From Synechococcus sp. A15-24 (GTDB taxonomy: Bacteria > Cyanobacteriota > Cyanobacteriia > PCC-6307 > Cyanobiaceae), in NCBI RefSeq assembly GCF_014280195.1, contig NZ_CP047960.1:1500001-1532000 (forward strand): DNA of 32,000 nucleotides. The letters run 5' to 3'. Of the stretch, positions 27,806 to 32,000 are shown piece by piece. Below the pieces are notes generated by a model that was given only the letters and a program-made list of their open reading frames with translations, made no database searches and was not told the origin of the DNA. The position numbers and the translations under genes are program-made. The stretch's first letter is position 1; every line of letters begins with the position of its first letter.

Positions 27806-29442
27806 GCGGCCATCGCTTCCGCCGCCCGGATCCCGTCAATGCCAGCCGACAGGATGCCTCCGGCGTAGCCCGCTCCTTCACCGGCTGGAATCAGACCACG
27901 GGTGTTGAGCGACTCAAGCTGGCCATCTCTGGGGATGCGCACAGGAGACGACGTCCGGGTTTCCACCGCCGTGAGCACAGCATCGGGATGGCCATAGCCC
28001 CGGAGGCGGCGGGCAAACTGCGGCAGTGCTTCGCGCAGGGCGGTGAGAATCGGCTGCGGCAGCACCGGAGCCAGGTCTGTCGGCGTAATGCCGGGCTGAT
28101 ACGACGCGGCAATCGTGCCCAGCGTTGTGGACGGGCAACCGGCCAGAAAATCCTCCAGACGTTGCGCTGGGGCGGCATAGGTTCCCCCCCCACTGCAGAA
28201 GGCCCGCTGCTCCAGATCCCGCTGCAGCGCAATCCCCGCCAGGGGATCACCCGGATGCCGTTCGTAGGGCTGCAGATCCTCGGGTTCGAGGGTCACCACC
28301 AAGCCGCTGTTGGCATTGCGCTCATTGCGGGAGTGCTGGCTCATGCCGTTGGTCACCACCCGCCCCTCCTCCGAGGTGGCGCCCACCACAAAACCGCCAG
28401 GACACATGCAGAAGCTGTAGACGCAGCGGCCATTGCTGGCGTGATGAACAAGCTTGTATTCCGCCGCGCCAAGCCGCGGATGGCCTGCCATCGCTCCCCA
28501 GCGGGCCTGATCAATCAAAGGTTGCGGGTGCTCGATCCGCACACCAACCGAAAACGGTTTGCGCTCCAATTGCACCCCCACCTGATCGAGCATGGCGAAA
28601 CAGTCCCGGGCCGAATGGCCGGGCGCCAGCACCAGGTGACGGCAGGGCAGTTGCTGACCATCGGCCAGCAGAAGCGCCTTCAAGCTGAAGGGCTTCTCGC
28701 CGCCGCTGGGCTCGAGCAACAGGCAGTCCACCCGGCAACCAAAGCGCACCTCACCCCCCAAGGCTTCGATGCGCGAACGCAGACCACGTACCACGGTGGC
28801 CAACTTGAAGGTGCCGATATGCGGCCGATGCACCGTGAGGATTTCGGCGTTGGCACCGCAAGCCACCAACTCCTCAAGCACCTTGCGTCCGTAGTGCTCA
28901 GGATCGCTCACCTGGCTGTAGAGCTTGCCATCGGAAAAGGTGCCGGCACCCCCCTCCCCAAACTGGGCATTGGATTCCGGATCAAGGGCCTGCTGCCCCC
29001 GCCAGAAGGCGAAGGTCTGCTGGGTCCGCTGCTTCACCGGCTGCCCACGCTCCAGCAGCAAGGGCTTAAACCCCATTTGCGCCAGCAGCAACGCAGCGAA
29101 ATAACCGCAGGGGCCGGCACCAACCACCACGGGGTGCGCCTCCAGGCCAGGCGGCGCCTGCGCCACCATCCGGTAGCGGGTGTCCGGTGCCTGTTTCAGC
29201 GGGGGGCCGGGCCGGCGGCGCTTCATCAGCGCCTGCTCATGGCGGACCAGCACATCAACGCTGTAAATCAGCTGGATGCGATCACGGCGGCGAGCATCGA
29301 TGCTGCGCTTGACCAGTCGCTGCTCCAGCAATTGATCCGGTGGAATCTTCAACCGACGCAGTACAGCCTGCGTGAGCTCCTCCTCGGTGTGATCCAGCGG
29401 CAGCTTCAGCTCAGCCAGTCGCAGCATCAGCCCGCTTGCCAT
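27769..29442 (-). CDS. FAD-dependent oxidoreductase of the COG2509 type (uncharacterised dehydrogenase)
   Basis: A 557-aa ORF with the dinucleotide-binding motif VVVGAGPCGYFAALLLAQMGFKPLLLERG. The more likely start is MLRLAELKLPLDH at 29427. The 3' end overlaps pgeF by 37 nt. Confidence 0.82.
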   Translation of the reverse strand: MASGLMLRLAELKLPLDHTEEELTQAVLRRLKIPPDQLLEQRLVKRSIDARRRDRIQLIYSVDVLVRHEQALMKRRRPGPPLKQAPDTRYRMVAQAPPGLEAHPVVVGAGPCGYFAALLLAQMGFKPLLLERGQPVKQRTQQTFAFWRGQQALDPESNAQFGEGGAGTFSDGKLYSQVSDPEHYGRKVLEELVACGANAEILTVHRPHIGTFKLATVVRGLRSRIEALGGEVRFGCRVDCLLLEPSGGEKPFSLKALLLADGQQLPCRHLVLAPGHSARDCFAMLDQVGVQLERKPFSVGVRIEHPQPLIDQARWGAMAGHPRLGAAEYKLVHHASNGRCVYSFCMCPGGFVVGATSEEGRVVTNGMSQHSRNERNANSGLVVTLEPEDLQPYERHPGDPLAGIALQRDLEQRAFCSGGGTYAAPAQRLEDFLAGCPSTTLGTIAASYQPGITPTDLAPVLPQPILTALREALPQFARRLRGYGHPDAVLTAVETRTSSPVRIPRDGQLESLNTRGLIPAGEGAGYAGGILSAGIDGIRAAEAMAAQLLAASSKSAA

Positions 29443-30649
29443 CTGCCTTCATTGGATCAGATGGCGTCGCCATGAGCAGCCCTGCAGCGGCCTGACCCGA
29501 CGGCGTCATGCCACCGCGCAAACGGAAATCACTGGCCGCCGCCTTCAGCCGCAGCGCCTCGCCCCGCTGTCGATGACGCAGGGCGGAGCAGAGATCAACC
29601 GCGTCCTGATCAGGACTGACCCAACCCATCGGATCCGGGAGACCCTCATCCGACACCGGCAGCGGCGCCGCTTCGACCAGCGCCAGCACCCGCGCCGTGT
29701 CGTAGCCCGCTGCAGCGAGCAGGTCTGGGGTCTGCCCCCAGCGGCGATTGAACGCCTCGGCAAAGGCCAACCAATCCTCACCACGGGCTGGATGTTCCAA
29801 ACCGAGTTGCTGCCAAGGCACCTGCGGCAGATCCCGCAGCGTGGACGAATCCGACAGATACACCCAGTTGGGCGTCCAGGGTGCGCCGCCACCGAATGCA
29901 CCATCACGCTGCTCCTGCCGCAGGCGAGTGGCCAGAGGCCCGTCGGGTTGACCGGCCACCACCACCGTGCCGGCCCATGACCAGTTCATGTCCTTGCGAA
30001 AACGATCAAGTCGTTGCCCGTCCGTTGGATCCACCTGCTGCACCGGGGTGGGTTCGTAGCTCTCCACCAGACCGCCGGATGCCTTGTAGTGATCGACGAA
30101 GGCCATTGACAGGGTGGCCTCTAGCGCACTCGGATCCGCCACGACCATGGCCCGGTCCCAACCGGCCTTGAGGGTGGCCTCCACCGTGGCCTTGACGTCC
30201 TCCTGAATCGAGGGGACCAGTGGCCAGAGCTTCTCACGCCCCTTCAAACCTCGGAGGGTGTCAATCGACTCACCGCGCTGATAAGGGAGCAGAACACTGA
30301 GGCCGTACTGCTCAGACAGGTCATTGAAGGCGCGCAGATCAGCGGAGGGTGGCGCCACCACGAGATGCTGATCGCGATGACGCGGCAGTTGCTCCAGCGG
30401 AGATTGATCAGGCCGCAGTGCCATCCAGCGCACTGGGGGCACGGGATGACCGCAGGCCCTCACCGTCGCTTCACCAACGGTGTATCCCTGCAGAAAGCGG
30501 TCGCGCAGGGTGGCGTCAGCCGAGGTGGACGGCAGCATCACCACAACACGCTGCCGCGGTAGGGCACTGGACACCATGGCCTGACAGCCAATGGCCGCAG
30601 CCACAACACAGGACCAGGCGCACCGGGAACGCGGTGCCGAGCTCGACAT
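29411..30649 (-). CDS. Putative lipoprotein with a type-I periplasmic-binding-protein-like (Leu/Ile/Val-binding or LpoA-like) fold
   Basis: A 412-aa ORF with a signal peptide carrying the lipobox-like sequence AAAIGC. The alternating beta-alpha pattern and ...AAAGYDTARVLAL... are reminiscent of the PBP type-I family. The fold assignment is tentative. Confidence 0.6.
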   Translation of the reverse strand: MSSSAPRSRCAWSCVVAAAIGCQAMVSSALPRQRVVVMLPSTSADATLRDRFLQGYTVGEATVRACGHPVPPVRWMALRPDQSPLEQLPRHRDQHLVVAPPSADLRAFNDLSEQYGLSVLLPYQRGESIDTLRGLKGREKLWPLVPSIQEDVKATVEATLKAGWDRAMVVADPSALEATLSMAFVDHYKASGGLVESYEPTPVQQVDPTDGQRLDRFRKDMNWSWAGTVVVAGQPDGPLATRLRQEQRDGAFGGGAPWTPNWVYLSDSSTLRDLPQVPWQQLGLEHPARGEDWLAFAEAFNRRWGQTPDLLAAAGYDTARVLALVEAAPLPVSDEGLPDPMGWVSPDQDAVDLCSALRHRQRGEALRLKAAASDFRLRGGMTPSGQAAAGLLMATPSDPMKADGKRADAATG

Positions 30650-30680
30650 GAAACGGGACCGTCAACCCGACCGCGTCAAA

Positions 30681-30902
30681 CTAGGGAGAACGGTCTCCGT
30701 CGTCCGGTTTTGTCACCTGATCGTCGGACGATGGCACTTGAGATAACAGGCCACCAACAAGCAGCGCAGCACCGATGGCTGTGGCCAGACCGCGGTTATC
30801 GGCCGCAGCGCCCTGTCCCCACACGGCCGTGGCCAGAAAAGAACCTCCAAGCAGGAGGCAGGGCACCAGAACGATGCCTCGTGCAATGCGGTTATCGGCC
30901 AT
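30681..30902 (-). CDS. Hypothetical small membrane protein (two predicted TM segments, acidic C-terminal tail)
   Basis: A 73-aa ORF whose ATG directly follows the stop of the upstream gene (TGAATG at 30905-30900, minus strand). Hydrophobic segments: IVLVPCLLLGGSFLATAVW and LATAIGAALLVGGLL. Confidence 0.55.
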   Translation of the reverse strand: MADNRIARGIVLVPCLLLGGSFLATAVWGQGAAADNRGLATAIGAALLVGGLLSQVPSSDDQVTKPDDGDRSP

Positions 30903-31271
30903 TCAGGCTGGCTCCGTGGGGCAGCTGTCAGCCGCCAGGCCAGCCGTCACCAGACCGGAGCTGAGATCCTGCTCATCACCGATGGGGGTGACCCTGGCCA
31001 GCAACTGGCCATCGTTGCGTCCCACCGGGCGGAGATTGACCCGTCTGCGGCGGGGCAGCTCCTGCCTCAACCAATCCACGGCAGCGGACTCCCCAGCAGG
31101 CTCGACGTCGATGCAGGCCAGCTGAACCGTGTAAGTGCGGTTGCCATCACCCACCTGCAACAGTGATGCGGTACGAACCTGCAGCACTTCGGCCGCCGCT
31201 GCCGGTAAAACCGCAACGACGGCCACCAGCAGCAACCCCAGCAAGCGGGTGATCACAAGGAGGCGCCGCAC
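30903..31271 (-). CDS. Secreted hypothetical protein with degenerate staphylococcal-nuclease-like (SNase/OB-fold) features
   Basis: A 122-aa ORF with a GTG start and a signal peptide ([18 protein letters not shown]). [19 protein letters not shown] and NDGQLLARV...GLVTAGLA parallel the DGDT...VRLxGIDAPE and DRYGRLLAYV...GLA blocks of thermonuclease-family proteins. Confidence 0.55.
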   Translation of the reverse strand: MRRLLVITRLLGLLLVAVVAVLPAAAAEVLQVRTASLLQVGDGNRTYTVQLACIDVEPAGESAAVDWLRQELPRRRRVNLRPVGRNDGQLLARVTPIGDEQDLSSGLVTAGLAADSCPTEPA

Positions 31272-32000
31272 TGCGGACAGAAGCGATGTTCATGGGCAGT
31301 GATAGCGCCACAGGAGCTGCAGGTGCGGGTAGTGCCCATCGCCAGCTCCGGGTGCGAGGGGAGACCCACCATCTGTGCATTGCTCTTGCCCGGCGGAACC
31401 ATCGGGTAGCAGTTCTCTCCCCGCCGCACGTGCACGTCAATCATCATCGGGGTTGGTGATTGCAGGGCTGCGGCGAGGTCGCGGTGCAGCGACTCACGCT
31501 CGGTGATCTTGACGCCATCCACGCCGAAGGAACGGGCCAGGGCGATGAAATCAGGCATGCCATTGAGCATGTCGGAGGCGGAATACCGCTCGTCGTAGAA
31601 GCTTTCCTGCCACTGACGCACCATGCCCTGCCAGTGGTTGTTGACGATCACCACCTTCACCGGCAGGCCATAGGCCGCCAGGGTTCCGAGTTCCTGGATG
31701 TTCATCAGGATGCTGGCATCACCGGCGATGCACACCACCTGCCGATCCGGCATGGCCACCTGGGCCCCCATGGCAGCCGGCATCCCGAAGCCCATCGTCC
31801 CCAGGCCGGCGCTGCTGATCCAGCCCCTGGGTCCGTTGCGCAGGTACTGCGCAGCCCACATCTGATGCTGACCAACGTCCGTGGTGACGATCGCGTCGGG
31901 GGCCAGACCCCTCACCGCCAGCAGCACCTCCTGGGGGTAGATCGCCCCTTCCGTTGGCGGAATCGTGAGGGGATAACGATCCTTCCAGGTGTTGATGCGC
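31253..32000 (-). CDS. ilvB: Acetolactate synthase large subunit, 3' portion (5' end lies beyond the window), with a C-terminal CxxC-N10-CxxC extension
   Basis: The reading frame stays open to the window edge ([31 protein letters not shown]...). The TPP-binding region [13 protein letters not shown]...[18 protein letters not shown]...[12 protein letters not shown] is present. Confidence 0.92.
   Translation of the reverse strand, partial: RINTWKDRYPLTIPPTEGAIYPQEVLLAVRGLAPDAIVTTDVGQHQMWAAQYLRNGPRGWISSAGLGTMGFGMPAAMGAQVAMPDRQVVCIAGDASILMNIQELGTLAAYGLPVKVVIVNNHWQGMVRQWQESFYDERYSASDMLNGMPDFIALARSFGVDGVKITERESLHRDLAAALQSPTPMMIDVHVRRGENCYPMVPPGKSNAQMVGLPSHPELAMGTTRTCSSCGAITAHEHRFCPQCGASL

Overview
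This is a high-GC (roughly 60%) chromosomal segment whose gene content and order match a marine Synechococcus-type alpha-cyanobacterium. On the minus strand, 170-7746 holds a complete alpha-carboxysome (cso) operon: csoS1, rbcL, rbcS, csoS2, csoS3 (CsoSCA), csoS4A, csoS4B, csoS1E. Upstream of it lie rdgB/ham1 (+), the tandem-BMC shell gene csoS1D (-), and a small divergent gene with an excisionase/MerR-like HTH tail. Next comes chlN-chlB-chlL (DPOR, +), which abuts por (LPOR, -) tail to tail. After that: a membrane-anchored coiled-coil protein; psaM (34 codons, absent from the ORF track, found by hand translation); a CRR6-like gene; a TSUP permease; an LplA-like ligase; an M50/CBS protease; trpF; folE; an SDR; accA; the alkane pair aar/ado; a creatininase-family gene; rps1b-tab2-pgeF; a COG2509-type FAD protein; a lipoprotein/small-membrane/SNase-like trio; and the 3' part of ilvB. 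I found no rRNA, tRNA, CRISPR array, transposase or recognisable defence island, though the hand scan was not exhaustive. The window is tightly packed core genome, so I do not claim a new multi-gene system. The observations worth a second look are small-scale. (1) A TGTGATCACA dyad, with a GCTTATCA box at similar spacing, is shared by the csoS1 upstream region and the csoS1D/HTH-gene intergenic region. This suggests a common operator, with the adjacent HTH protein as candidate regulator. (2) A 15-nt perfect direct repeat precedes both the csoS1 start and a 35-codon Cys-rich sORF. (3) The CsoSCA N-terminus carries a copy of the CsoS2 Rubisco-binding N-repeat motif. (4) Two mutually exclusive hairpins sit in the por leader. 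(5) DPOR and LPOR genes meet with no intergenic space, and several other convergent gene pairs abut or overlap. (6) CsoS1E, CsoS4A and IlvB carry unusual terminal extensions.
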